Shown: one piece after another, positions 45,649 through 58,122 of the stretch | How positions within the stretch are numbered: the first letter of the stretch is position 1 | Layout: every line of letters starts with the position of its first letter | Source of the DNA: Salisapilia sapeloensis CBS 127946 | Lineage: Eukaryota; Protista; Oomycota | Direction of reading: 5' to 3' | NCBI GenBank assembly: GCA_023334545.1 | Contig: JAADVB010000075.1 | Span: 1-64,000, forward strand | Length of the DNA stretch: 64,000 nt | Notes under the pieces: model-generated | Seen by the model: the letters and a program-made list of their open reading frames with translations, nothing else | Told to the model about the DNA's origin: nothing | Databases searched by the model: none | Program-made: the position numbers and the translations under genes

Positions 45649-47976
45649 CTACACACTTGGCCTCGCCATCCACGACTCATACAGCGGCTGATGAGCGCCT
45701 CGTGGATGCATCAGATGCAGCGTCTCGTGCTTCTCCACATGCATCGGCAGGCCAAGAGGTTTCCAAATGTGCGTCGAGGATCTCCGCATGCCACACACCT
45801 GCGCCACGACCTTCTCCAGCTCCTGCTCCGTCAGGTGCGCGCCTAGCTGTACCATGGCAACGTCGTGCTTGGCGGCAGCGACGTAGCGTAAGATGCCTCT
45901 CTCGAGCAGGTACTCGACGGCCTGCTTCATGGTCTCGCTGCACAGGGCTTCTGCGTGCTGGAGCTGGTGGGAAGACAGGAGAGCCTTGGCCAGGAGCTGC
46001 GTCTGCCGAACGAGGTCGCCGACAGACATGTTGTCTATCGAGTGGGAAGCCATCGGTCGTAGGCTCTGGAGACACAGCCAGAGGGAGTCTACCAGCGGCC
46101 ACGAGAGCGCCAAGATGAAGCTAACGAGTCTGCTCTTGCGCCACTTGTTCAGTCGGACGAGGACGAAGGAGTGGCTTGAGTAAGCATTCCCAAAGACGTC
46201 TGGGCAGTGCGTCTGGAGCTGCTCTAGTCTGTCTGCCAAGTCGACGTCCTGGTGGTGACAGAGGTGGCGGAGGTAGGTCCAGAAGGAAGAGGCTTTGTGC
46301 AATAGAGAGCTGGTGGATATGCTGACCTGGTCCTGCGTGAAGATGGTGGAGACGTGGTCTGGCAGGTGTCTCTGGAGGAGGATCGAGTGGATGGCCGTGA
46401 CAATCGCCATGTCGGGTAGAAAGGCATGCAGAAGCTGGTTTCGGTAGAAGTTGAGCACGAGCGCTTGCGTCGGAGAGCCCAGGTGACTCTGTACGACGCC
46501 ATTGGACTGCACTGGCACCTTGAGCACCGACAGGGCGTGGTCTACCACCTCGTCACTCGAGACGTTGCTGACGTTTACCTGTCTCTCTTCTAGTTCCTGC
46601 AGCAGCCACTGGCAGGAGGAGTGAATCATGTCTTTCGTGGCATACGCCCTCCTCCACATGAGGACAGAGGAGACGACCGAGGTGCTCGTGATGGTCCCCG
46701 TCTCTTGCATCCGGACGCCCAGCGTCTTGGCAGTCTCGAGCAAGTTGAACCTAGCGTCCAGAGCGAGAGGCTGTCCGAAGCGGACGTAGGCGTGTCCGCA
46801 GCGGAGGAAGAAGATGCTCCAGATGGACTTGAGCAGCCCTAGCAGAGTCTCCGGCGCCTTTGGCTTCCCCAGCACCTGGGCAGCATAGTCCTCCACCTCG
46901 AGCACCTTGTCGTAGTCGAGCGAAATGGGGACAAGAAGCATCTTTCGCCCTCTTGCATTCTCGTTGGACGTAGGAAGATACCTCTGCAAGAGAGACAGAA
47001 AGCCCATGCGCAGCTGATGCACTCGGCCGGAGCGAGACCGACCTCCTTCCAGAAACACCTCGATCGGATTCCCGTCCGCCATCAGCTCGTGCACGTACGT
47101 GTCCAAGACGTCCTTGTAGAGCTGGTCGTCTCGGAAGGACCGACGCATGAAGAAGCTCCCGTTGGCTCGCAGGAAGCGCCCAACCAGAGGCAAGTCGAGG
47201 TTGTTCCCGGCCGCGATGCGAGGGAGAGGAATGCCGTAGCCAAAGCACAGGTAGCTCACGATCAGATAGTCCAGGTGTGTCTTGTGCGTAGGACAGAAGA
47301 CGACGCACGTGCCGTCGTCCGCCTGCTCCAGAGCTTCCTGTAGGCCACGCAAAGAACCTGCATCGACGTGCAGGCCGTCGAACAAGAGTCGCCATGTCTT
47401 CGTCAGGATGTACCCCAGGCATCGTACAGCCGGTAGGAGCATATCCGACCGCAGAGCCTTTAGAATCTTGGAGACTCGGGCAGGCTCTCGACCGAGTCTG
47501 GCCTGCACCTGCTCCTCGTGCCGAGATGGAGACGACGGACGGTGGCCATGCAAATTGTACTCACATCCGCCACGGAGGCTAAAGACAACGTCCTGAAGCA
47601 ATCGGCGGACGTCGATGCAGCTAGGACTATCCAAAGTCTGGCGCTTGGCGGCGCATCGTCTCCGAGAGCCAACGGACGCCAGAAGCCACGAGGTCTGCAT
47701 GACGTCCACCATGTCTGTCGCTTTCAAATGCTCTCCACTGTGACAAGTAGCACAAGTGCCGCTGCTGCAGAGACTCATGGGCGTCGAGAGCTCCGTGTCG
47801 TCGTCGTCGTCGCCACCGGCGAGCTCTCGTCGGCCCTCGCCCATCTTCTGGTGGTCTCCTTTTCCCCACATTGCCACATCTTTGAAGTTGCCTCTCTCCA
47901 CCCGATGCCATCGACCGCCACTGCGATCTTGAAAGGGAGCGTCACGCCGCGACGAGCGACCGGTCTCACCTGCCAT
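45649..47976 (-). CDS. Glycerol-3-phosphate/DHAP acyltransferase (PlsB/GPAM/GNPAT family)
   Basis: Acyltransferase blocks PTHKTHLDY (HX4D), FFMRR, FLEGGRSRSG and LVPISLDYDK. True start uncertain. Confidence 0.92.
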   Translation of the reverse strand: MAGETGRSSRRDAPFQDRSGGRWHRVERGNFKDVAMWGKGDHQKMGEGRRELAGGDDDDDTELSTPMSLCSSGTCATCHSGEHLKATDMVDVMQTSWLLASVGSRRRCAAKRQTLDSPSCIDVRRLLQDVVFSLRGGCEYNLHGHRPSSPSRHEEQVQARLGREPARVSKILKALRSDMLLPAVRCLGYILTKTWRLLFDGLHVDAGSLRGLQEALEQADDGTCVVFCPTHKTHLDYLIVSYLCFGYGIPLPRIAAGNNLDLPLVGRFLRANGSFFMRRSFRDDQLYKDVLDTYVHELMADGNPIEVFLEGGRSRSGRVHQLRMGFLSLLQRYLPTSNENARGRKMLLVPISLDYDKVLEVEDYAAQVLGKPKAPETLLGLLKSIWSIFFLRCGHAYVRFGQPLALDARFNLLETAKTLGVRMQETGTITSTSVVSSVLMWRRAYATKDMIHSSCQWLLQELEERQVNVSNVSSDEVVDHALSVLKVPVQSNGVVQSHLGSPTQALVLNFYRNQLLHAFLPDMAIVTAIHSILLQRHLPDHVSTIFTQDQVSISTSSLLHKASSFWTYLRHLCHHQDVDLADRLEQLQTHCPDVFGNAYSSHSFVLVRLNKWRKSRLVSFILALSWPLVDSLWLCLQSLRPMASHSIDNMSVGDLVRQTQLLAKALLSSHQLQHAEALCSETMKQAVEYLLERGILRYVAAAKHDVAMVQLGAHLTEQELEKVVAQVCGMRRSSTHIWKPLGLPMHVEKHETLHLMHPRGAHQPLYESWMARPSV

Positions 47977-48404
47977 CTCCTCCGTCTCCTGTCAGACTTT
48001 GTGTCACGCTCGACTTGGCGCTCGACAAAGCTACTTTGGCCGCCAAACGACCACTTGCTGTTGGACCTTGGACCTTTTTTCCACATCTTCCACGGTCATT
48101 CGATATACTCCGACGGCCGATCAGCATGTCGTCGATGTCGACACGGGAAGCTTCGGCCGGATACGGCTCGTGCCAGCAGGATCGGTCTCGACCATCTGGG
48201 AAGCGGATCAAGTTCCGAGACTTGCAAGAGGTAAGCCATCCCTAGTCACCCGGCATCATCCATTCCCTTCTCCTCGCGCTTCAACGATCCATCCGCTGAT
48301 CCGCCTTTACCCTCCTCCTCTAGCTCTCCATACGCACGTGCGACTTGCCACAAGTCCGGTCGGACCAGCGACAGCGACATTCCGCCCCCGCAGACACCTC
48401 CAGG

Positions 48405-50056
48405 ATGACGCCCGTTACAGACCTTCCGGATTCGGTGCAGACGCCCAGGACGCCCATCCAGCCGAGCTCCGGCAAGAAGCGGCGGAGGCGGACCGCTGCC
48501 CAGATCGACCGCAAGTTCAAATGCCAAGTCCATGGGTGCTCGAAGGTATTCTTCTTCTACCCCCATAACTCCCTCTCTTCTCACGACACCATTGACGACG
48601 CAGGCGTACGGGTCCGAAGGCTCTCTTAAGCAGCACGTCAAGCTCAAGCACGATGGAAAGCCAGATACGAGGACGACGCCCAAGACCCTCAAAGTCACGC
48701 CCGTACGTTGAGACGCTCCCTCTTATCTTTCACATTCACATGACGCTCATGTGTGCATAGCAAGTGCAGACGGATGCCATGCACAACCTCTCGAGCCACC
48801 ACGCCTTCCATCTCTTCTCGGCTACACCGTCCGGCACGCGCAATGTCACCATCCGACCAGCCACGCACAGTCCAAGTCTAGGCCACGAGCCCTCGCCCCA
48901 CTCGACGCCCACCACGCCTCCTGCCTTCCCACCCGCCTCCTGGCCTGGCACAGTCCACTTTGCTCTGACTAGTGTAGCAGAACCTTTGAATGGTACAACC
49001 CTTGGCCATCGTGCTCGGTCCTACTCGATGCCATCCTCCCCGCCAAGTGTGTTTCATCATGTTCCACTGATAGTACTCGATAGTCTCATACTCTATGCTC
49101 TAGGTACCTACACGCCCACTGCGAAAAGCCATGCTGAACCACGCAGCCGAGCTGTCCGATCCAGCAAGACCAGTGCCACGCCACGGCCAAAGGGTAAGTC
49201 GTATCGTTTGAAAACACGGTCCCAGTCAGACTCCGTGTCGGATCCACATGCGTTCGACCTTCCGTCGGAGCTGTCGGAGCAACTGTGCAGTTTCAGTGAC
49301 GACCCAGACCTCAGTCCCTGGGATGTCGACGCCCCTATCATGATCTCGTCTCCCTCCGATGCCGTCTCTCGAGAGCACAGCCGATCGCTCGACTGGACAA
49401 TGTCCGGAGCCAGTCTCACACCAGACGAAGAGGTCTTTGACAAGGACATTCTGTCCGTTCTGGCCACATGTGAAGCAGAAGACTCCTCTTCAGAGCGTGC
49501 TTCTACGAAAGAAGAGCCATGTGAGTCTCTTTGGGACTCATCCATCGCGTCAGACAATATTGACGTCTTCATGTCGGAAACCCTCTCGACGGGCTTGATG
49601 GAGACGGCTCACTTGACCAGCGTCATCACGCCGACGGTGGATGTCGACATCAAGGCCCCTTGGATGGTACCCAACGAGCTCTCTTTGCCCACTCTCCCGT
49701 CTTCTTCTAACCCGTCCACCTTCCTCTTTTCCGAAGACCACTTGAAAGACGCTAGTTGGAAACATACAGCTCAAACTACATGTCCAGTGCCACTTTCAAC
49801 CAGTATGAACGGACCGGACGAGGAAATGCCAGCCATTGCCGAAGACAAACCCTTCTTCACCAAGGAAGGCTTCAAGCTAGATGCAATGGCGTGGGATCAT
49901 GACAGACGCCCCTCCAGCAGCTCCACGCGTGACAGCAAGCAGATTGACTCGGCTATTAGCAATGTGCTCGACATGGATCTGAACGATGACACGGCTGGTC
50001 CATCCAGTGATACGGAGAACTCTTGCCCTTTCGCAGACATATTATTATACGATTGA
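48405..50056 (+). CDS. C2H2 zinc-finger transcription factor, multi-exon
   Basis: KKRRRRTAAQIDRKFKCQVHGCSK/AYGSEGSLKQHVKLKH after splicing, followed by a long Ser/Pro/Asp-rich activation-like region. Confidence 0.8.
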
Positions 50057-53000
50057 GAGTGCTAGCTCCATGCGCTCATGTGCAGCCACTGCATACATGT
50101 CAACCACCACTGTGCGAATCACAAGAGAGCTTTTTATGTCTGGCAGTTGGAACCTTTATCTTTGTATCTGTCTCAATCTACTCTTGTATCAGTTACACAC
50201 CATGGCGTGATCTCTTGTGTGTCTACCGTTTTACAATTAAAAAGCTGGATATATGTAATTCCGAGCAAGCATTAAAAGTTTGTTGTTGTTGCAAAGGGCT
50301 AAAAGTTTATTAAGCAAGCTTATATTAGAAGACGACGTCCTTTGGAGTCCACTGAAGGTGGCCTCTACCATTCCGAAAAATGGGATGCTGGTTGCTCAGT
50401 ACATTCGGAGCCCTTGGACTGGAGAACTGCCATAAGCGCGTTTCAGAGCTGACGCTTCCGATACGGCAGTTCCTTGATTTTCGTTTTTTGGAGTCCGTTT
50501 TGAAGCGAGCAAACACTAGCACTGGCAAGAGGGCACGTATACTTTACTCACTGACGTTTATAAGTAGTGCAGACTCTATTTTGTCAATATATTCAACTAC
50601 TGGGCCTACCATAAAGTTTCATAATATTGAAGAGGAAAGTTTGTGGTATATCCGTTACGTGGTTCTTGAATCTATGTAGCAATCGCTAATATCCATCACC
50701 TTATTAGATACATCGTAAACGACAACAACCAGTTATTAATCGAATGTTGGTTGCCCTCGAAGACGGTTGCCGTAGCTCAAGCAGACCCTGGCACAATTAA
50801 CGTAAAATTTATTATCATGGGCAACGTGTAGGAATAAAAGAGTTGAAATAAAATATGGTAAAACAGTCATTTGTTGATGGTTTGCATCACTCGCGCATTA
50901 GACGATTATCCTTACATTAGAGGGCGGTATTCAATCTGTTTGTAGACTGCATACTTTTGCACGAGTCATAACTATGGCACTGGTGCAGCTTCTTTTAAAA
51001 TCATGAAATAAACCTGTCGCGTATGATTTTAAATCTAATTCCTCTAGTCGAAACAGGGAAAGTATGTTTGGAACGCTTGGGAATGCTTAGGAGAGCACTG
51101 AGGGGTAGAAGTTACGGTGATGTCGGATAACTCCGAGGCAGGACAAACGTGGTTGACTTCATGTTCATGTACACTGGGCCGCTGCACAGGTCGAACGTAG
51201 ATAGCCAAGTGTGATCATAGATCCTATAGTACAGGGAGATATTAGCAAGTGGTCTCGCGTGCGCGTGCGTTCGACAGTGAAAATGGACGTACTTCGAGGT
51301 GGCACAGTAGTCGTCGATTTGCAACAGCGAAGCTTAGTAGAGCTGCAAGATGATGTGTTCGGGACTTATCTTGGAAAATGAGTGATGATTTATAATCATA
51401 CCGCACCCTTCTACGCAACAATTCGCATTTGGTCTCATTGTGCAAATTTATGAGGCGTACAAACTTACAGCCACAGTTTTTCATGCTATCAACGAGACAG
51501 CATCGTTTGACCGTCTAACGAGCCCTAAAGTAATGATAGATAGAAGAAGTCAGAACAGTTTTATGACCGAAGAAGAATCACACTCAAGCGAGCTCAAGCA
51601 CCTACTGCACAAAGCGTCCCGTAAATTCATTTAACTAAGCACATAAGACTGTAGTTCTTAGCTATGGATCGAAGAACCTTCTGTACAAAGTGCACGGAAG
51701 ACAGAAGTACCCATCATAGAAATTTGTAGCTGTTACACGAGTTACAGAGACATCAAATGCATATATAGAAGTCAATACGGTTGCAGCTGGGCTTTATACC
51801 GTACTGTCATAGTATAGAACGCAACCATACCCAATCAATGGCTTGACAGTTGACTGCACTTCTCTAGCACTAAAAATAGCTTTGTAAGTAAGTTTTTTCG
51901 TATCTATTTTGTGGATAAAGTTATTTTTAAACGGTAAAATACTTTAGTCCAAAACCTTCTGTCCAAAGCAGTACAGACTTGTAACACTATTTTCATGAGG
52001 CAGTATAAACTTACTAAACCCAATTGTTAATTAACCGCAGATATTGTACATATATCAACTAAATCTCATATTAAATCACAATAAAAATAAAACTTTGTGC
52101 TAGTGTAAACAACTTTTCTATAAGAACTTCATCTTGCATGCATCATATGCATTTCCTAGTTATAAATATGTATGAGAAAATTTATTAAAACATGCAAAAT
52201 TTAGACACATTACTTAAAATAAAGCAAATGATATGTTAAACAAAGTAACGTCAAATTAAAAAAAGGGAAATTGAAAAGAAGACAAATAAGTTCCAAAAAC
52301 AAGTTTTGACATATACGCAAATACTTTTAAAATTTACAGCAAACAAAATTTTTAGCTCTATAAACGAATTAAACGCAAGATCTAAACAAACAGATTGTTT
52401 GTGTTTGCATTTGGTAAGATTTTAGTCTGTATAAAAAATGAATTTTTTATTGTTTTATATCTGACGTAGCGACCACATAAGCAAAGTTTTTATATTAATT
52501 TTGTTTTACAAATGCATTGATATTTAACATGACATGAATTAAATTGTGTGTAGAGCAAATTTTTATATAAAAATCGTATAATTTTACACACAGTTAATTT
52601 AACCAAAATTAATGCAAACTGAAGTATCAGATTGAAAACACAAAAAACAATTTGTATTAAAAACTATAAACAACTTCAAATAAAAACACAAGTTACTTTA
52701 ACGTACAAAAACAAGCTAAATAAGACTTTACAATGTATAAAATTTTTGTATCAAAGCTATTGTTTCGTAAAAAATCATATATTTTAACTTTAGAAAAAAT
52801 ACAAATACAACGTTGTAGGTATTTTGTTAAAGGTGAATAAAAATTACTCTAAATACGATAACAAATAGACTATACATAACATAATTATTAAGGCACTTAA
52901 CAACATAACAAAAGTTAATAAAAACTAGAAATTACATGAAGACAGTATGTTTTGAATCAAACATTGTATTTTTGTATTCAAAGCCCTCTATCTATCACTA

Positions 53001-56000
53001 AGCAATTTTACAATTACTTTTTAATACAATGTAAAGAATAGATCCAACTACTGTTTTAATTAAACAAAATTTGTGACTTTGCATGATGCTTATAACTATT
53101 TATATATCGTATCATCTATTCATCATACATAAACAGTTGTAGAAAGTGCTTTTCTGAATAACCTTTAACATTTAGTGTTTCTTAAAAACCTTTGTGATAT
53201 ATTGTATATAAACATTACAACAAATTTATTTATATTAAATATTATCCTTAGCCTAAATTCATTAAAAACTTTAATAAAAATTGTAGAGCTTACGTAATAA
53301 ATTTGGAAATTATTCATTGTATCCAAAAATTATTTTTTACATATATTGTAGCGTACAGCAAACATCTCATGTTCAAATTTTTTCTCTTAAATTCCTCTAT
53401 GAATGCGCTTTATAAATATGCAGAACACTATGGACGACAACAACGTATAATGAATGTGTCAAAAAGTTTACATTAATAGCAGAAAACCGTCTGTAAAGAG
53501 TATATTTTTAAATCATAAAAAGACAGTAAAAAATACTTGTAGGCTTGTCCACCGCTACATGTGTATTATATTGTTATGAAAAAAAAATTATCATGCTATT
53601 ATCATATTTGATTATATAGTCAAGCACTACAATGTTTTATATATTTAATTAAATTTATCATGATATCGATTCCTGAAAGCATAAAACAAAAAAGGCAAAT
53701 TTGGAGGAAACTACTTTAAACTTAAATAATACTTAATCTTTTTAACTTTAGTTTTATGACTTAAAAATTATGTTTATGTATAAAAGAAAAGTTTGTATAC
53801 ATTGTTGTAATATTTTATATGTGAGCAATAAAAGATCGATTTTTTTATTATATCTGACATTGAATGTAGAAAAGATTTTCTCTTTATCTATACATTTAAT
53901 GTTATATACCTTTTTTACATTTTTATTATTTTAAAAGATACATAATAAATAAGTTCGTTCGTTTAATTTCTATAATTATTAAATGATATTATTTAGCAGC
54001 ATACAGACACTAACCTGTTTAATTTTAAAATTTATAAGTTTATATTTGAGATTTCTTACTAATAGTGATATTGAGATTTGTACTTTGAGTACTAGTTTTC
54101 AATATGTTTTGGTTAAATATTGTTCTTAACGTAAGTGTTATGCTCCTTATAGCATTAATTTAATTATCTAGTCAGTTTATAGTATTTAAAACATAAAAAA
54201 CTTGTGAGAATATATAATATATATTCAATGGTAGTTTATATACTTGTTTTAGCACAAAAGTTTTATTTTCAAATGATAAGTACATGCTATTTTTTTGTTA
54301 ATAGTTTGAAGCTGTGTGTTTAAATGTTATCTCCATATAAGGAAGAAACCTTATCAATCTCAATATTAAGTTTTTTATTTTTTTTATAGTACAAAATGTG
54401 TATTAAACTTATATTTTTTCACGTAAAATAATAAATCTGCTAAAAAAAAATTGCATACAAAGAAGCGTTCTTTGTTGTCGTTATTTTCTAGCTGATCTAT
54501 ATGTGCTAAGTGTTATAATATCACATGTTTGTCATAGCCTAATATGAAATGTTTTTTTTGGTCTAGCTTTTTTTAACTTTGTATAAGAATATCTATTTAT
54601 GAAAATTTTCTAAAAACTTTACAACGCAGTTTATACGATTTCGACATTTTTATTTAAGCAAACAAAGAATACTTTGTAGAAAAACACGTTGATTGCTTAT
54701 ATTTATTACTGTTGAAAGAAAATACAACATTTTATAAATATAGATAGTCTATTTGACTAAATAATTACAGTTGACATTTTAGGCGTTGAGAAAACGCACT
54801 AAAATTTTGTAAATTTGTAGCTGTCGAAAAATTTTGCTCCGTATCAATTTGTAAAGGATACACAAGCAGCGTTAGGTTTAATTTAGGTTCGTCCAAACAG
54901 AGGTCTGGATATTTGACAAGCTTAAGCTCAATTGAATACAGTGTATTTTTACTCATATCTTTACATTCGTTGTTGTAAAATATGTTCTCTTATATTCATG
55001 CAGTATCTATCTTTTTAATGCTTATTGTGCAACTAAGTGTGTTCATTTCGTAGCACAAGACGACCAAATCGACGTAGGAACACGTCGAAGGAACTACACT
55101 CTTACACAATTTGCTGTTTAAATCATGTTATTACAATCTGCAATTGATGTGTTGACAGTATTTTTGATTACCAAGGCGCTGGCGAAATCAAATTCAATGC
55201 ACGAGTACATCATTCTAGAGTACGTTTGTGTTCATTATAAACTCTGTCAATAATGAGGCGACATTTCGCTAGTATTAAGGCAGCAGATATCTGTTATGCA
55301 TGCAAGCGACACTAAGACAGTATCATCTAGAGCAATGTACGTTCTGTTCAAATGTCTTGATTCAAATGCTTTTTATAGTCAACGTGTCTGACAATGGTCT
55401 TGACTGTAAACAATACAATTGGCTTGTGGTCATGAGTAGATAGTTTGATTTAGCGAATGCTGTCGTCTTCTGTAATTCAAAACAGTGTCAGAATGCGGTG
55501 ATTACTCGCTCGGATTCGTATCTGCAACGGCAAACAACATTGCCAGATGAAGCATATCCGTCACCTACATTCTGATAGTCTGACAGTAATCCTATCTCTT
55601 ACATCGATGTACCACAAAGAGTATCCTTTAATATTCGTGAACACTAATATTAATGTAGTCTTAATGCTGTATTTCACAGCGTGCAGAGATTTGAAGAGTC
55701 GATGTATATTTAGCGTTGATACCAAACCTGCTAAAGCACTCTACTTCAGCTGCAATCGCTAGAGTTGATAGACGCCAAAAACTGTATTTATATGCTGGAT
55801 AAAACTTGCTTTAGAAATTGTTCATACAACAGTCGTTGATGTCGTGTGCTTACATTTGAACCACCGTGATCGTTCGCTAATTACTTTGACAGGTACTGCA
55901 ACCTTTTCTAGGCTTACTAATTAATCAGCAAGGTTAAGCAGCTCTTCAATTGCCGCTACGCGCGATATTGAGCTTAAATAGGTTAGTAAGCTCACAAATT

Positions 56001-56993
56001 CAATTCTGTTATATACTTCATCATGTTGAATCCCGGAGGTCTCTATCCTACAACATCATCTAGGACGAGTACTCCTACCAGCTTAGTGCGTGCTCTCTAT
56101 TTTGTACTTGCACTGAGATCGTGTTGGCGAAAGTTTATATAAGCAGTTTTCGAGCATCATCTTTTTGCTGCATTTGTCTATACGTGGTACAATTCAGGAA
56201 AAATCTACCTATACACACCTAGCAATATGTTTGACATTGAATAATGTGCTCAATCGTAGTGTGCCATCAACACAATGCTTGCAAACGCATAGCGATCCGG
56301 CGTTTTTAAAGGTAGGTCTTTTACCTTTGCTTGATAGCATGCGGATTTTGCTTTCACATATTATGGAGCTTTAGTTTGGCTTCTCGATTCGGCGAGCTGG
56401 TTTTCCTTTAGTTGTGCGATTGCTTTTGCATTCGATTGTGCCAAGTTGCAGGAAGAAAGGTATTATTAAAGGTATAAGTTATAATGAGAGTAAATGCCAT
56501 GCGACTATAATAGAATTGCGTGCCTGTTGACAGTGGTTGGTCGTCAAAGTCGTAGAACCAAGGACTACATGCTGCACCCAACCGACGTATGAATTAAAAG
56601 CACTAGGCAGCTCTTGGTACGATAGCAAGCATAGACAAGGTAACTTTTGTGGGTATAGTACACCATGTCACCACCATTACACAGAAATAGGCGCAAAAGT
56701 CACTTGGATGAACGCTGCGGTTAAGCATAAAGCAAGACAGCACAAAGATTACATGTACCGTCACTCGAGTCTGGTAATCTAGCTCTCACCTTTACATACA
56801 ATGCTCTACTTCAGACTTTCCGAATCAGATGCATCAAATTCAAGCAGCCATTTATACCAATCAAAACGCTTGAAAAGGCTCTTATAATCTTGCAGTCTCT
56901 AATAAATACGTCAATTAAGGCAAACGACCCTACATTCCATAGAAACACTGCTATTCCTACGAAGAAGATTGCGCCTAAAACAAGCGTTTTAAC
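50057..56993. other. Gene-free 6.9-kb interval with an AT-rich core (about 51.9-54.9 kb)
   Basis: No credible ORF. Sampled 60-mers contain 13/60 GC (52201), 8/60 (53881) and 13/60 (53641), versus 30/60 in the adjacent CDS (57301). Confidence 0.85.
50994..51033. repeat. 11-bp perfect inverted repeat with an 18-nt spacer
   Basis: TTTAAAATCAT (50994-51004) and ATGATTTTAAA (51023-51033). Confidence 0.6.
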
Positions 56994-58076
56994 ATGACCG
57001 AGATCGGATCGTTCCTGCCGACGACCTCATCCTCCGCCCCTCGCAACCCGTACGCCCGTCATACGAAGAGCGCAGGCCAAACTCCGTCGTCCAAGGTCGT
57101 GCTGGGTGTTATCGCAGCCTTCACAGTCGGATGTGTCGTTTTGTGGAGAACCTCTTCGATGCCATCGATGACGTCGATGACCACGGACTCCAAGGTCGCT
57201 GTGCCTCGGTTCAAAGGAGCTTCGGCAGTCGATCCGCACCAACTAGGTATCATGACCTTCAACCTCCGTTTTGCAGGTGCAAATGACGGACATAATGGAT
57301 GGAGATACCGAAAGGATCACGTGGCAAATATCATCAATCGGTACCATCCGGCCATCATGGGGACGCAGGAGGGACTGAAGGATCAGCTAGCAGACCTCCA
57401 CGACCTCCTCTCTCACCCATATGAGCGGTACGGTATCGAGCGAGAGACGAACGGAGAGTTCGAACAGATCTTCTACGACACAAGTGTCGTCGAGTGGCTC
57501 GACGGAGGGAACTTTTGGCTCTCGGACTCACCCGACACTCCAGGCACTAAAGGATGGGATGCAGCCTGCGTTAGATTGGTAACCTGGTGCAAGTTCCGAC
57601 TGCATGCGACCGGCCAGGAGCTCTTCTTTTTCAACACGCAGCTGGATCACGAAGGCGCTAGGGCGAGAACCATGGGCTCCCAGCTGCTCCACGAGCGCAT
57701 GCAGGAGATCGCTGGCGCCGACTCGGCTGTCTTCCTCGTCGGTGACTTTAACACGTACCGTCACACGAGTACCTACAGCTACTTGACGGCAGCCAAGGAA
57801 GGTCCGAAGCTGTTGGAGGCGTGGCCTGAAGCAGAGAACCAGATCGGAGACGTGTCGTACACATATCATGGGTGGGCCGGCATACAGAATGACGGGGAGA
57901 AGACTGCGAAACGCGCTGCGAACCACATCGACTGGATCTTGTATCGTCCCAAGATGAGAGTTCTGTCAACGGAAGTGATCACGGAGTCTCGGAATAGTCG
58001 GTATCCGTCGGACCACTATCCAATCCATGCTGAGGTCATGTTTCCACCGGTTACACAAGTAGCTCCGTCGTCGTAG
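56994..58076 (+). CDS. Endonuclease/exonuclease/phosphatase (EEP) family hydrolase with N-terminal TM anchor, intronless
   Basis: TM VVLGVIAAFTVGCVVLW, then IMTFNL, GTQEG, GNFWLS, GDFN, IDWI and YPSDHYP. Confidence 0.92.
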   Translation: MTEIGSFLPTTSSSAPRNPYARHTKSAGQTPSSKVVLGVIAAFTVGCVVLWRTSSMPSMTSMTTDSKVAVPRFKGASAVDPHQLGIMTFNLRFAGANDGHNGWRYRKDHVANIINRYHPAIMGTQEGLKDQLADLHDLLSHPYERYGIERETNGEFEQIFYDTSVVEWLDGGNFWLSDSPDTPGTKGWDAACVRLVTWCKFRLHATGQELFFFNTQLDHEGARARTMGSQLLHERMQEIAGADSAVFLVGDFNTYRHTSTYSYLTAAKEGPKLLEAWPEAENQIGDVSYTYHGWAGIQNDGEKTAKRAANHIDWILYRPKMRVLSTEVITESRNSRYPSDHYPIHAEVMFPPVTQVAPSS

Positions 58077-58122
58077 AAAAAAAAAACTTTTTTTTCCATT
58101 TTAAATTTTTTTTCGATTCGAT

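Noticed and set aside
47740-47765. CxxCH (CATCH) c-type haem-like motif in the GPAT N-terminus
   Set aside because: It corresponds to the CxxC seen in mitochondrial GPAT N-termini, and there is no cytochrome context.
50765-50800. GCCGTAGCTCAAG resembling a tRNA 5' end
   Set aside because: No anticodon arm, T-loop (GTTC) or complementary acceptor stem follows.
51900-54900. Recent mitochondrial insertion (NUMT)
   Set aside because: GC content is mtDNA-like, but there are no long ORFs and no recognisable cox/nad/rps/rRNA/tRNA motifs. The borders are gradual rather than sharp.
53410-55200. Faint Ty1/copia-like peptide echoes in the AT core (DDNNV*...RKP...RLV near 53420-53550; QM.....F....LK..V*M..P near 54270; IDV...ITKALAK near 55065-55185)
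   Set aside because: Matches are short, lie in different frames and have spacing inconsistent with a copia RT-RNaseH. No LTRs, PBS or TSD were found. Chance is plausible in AT-rich DNA, and a profile-HMM search would be needed.
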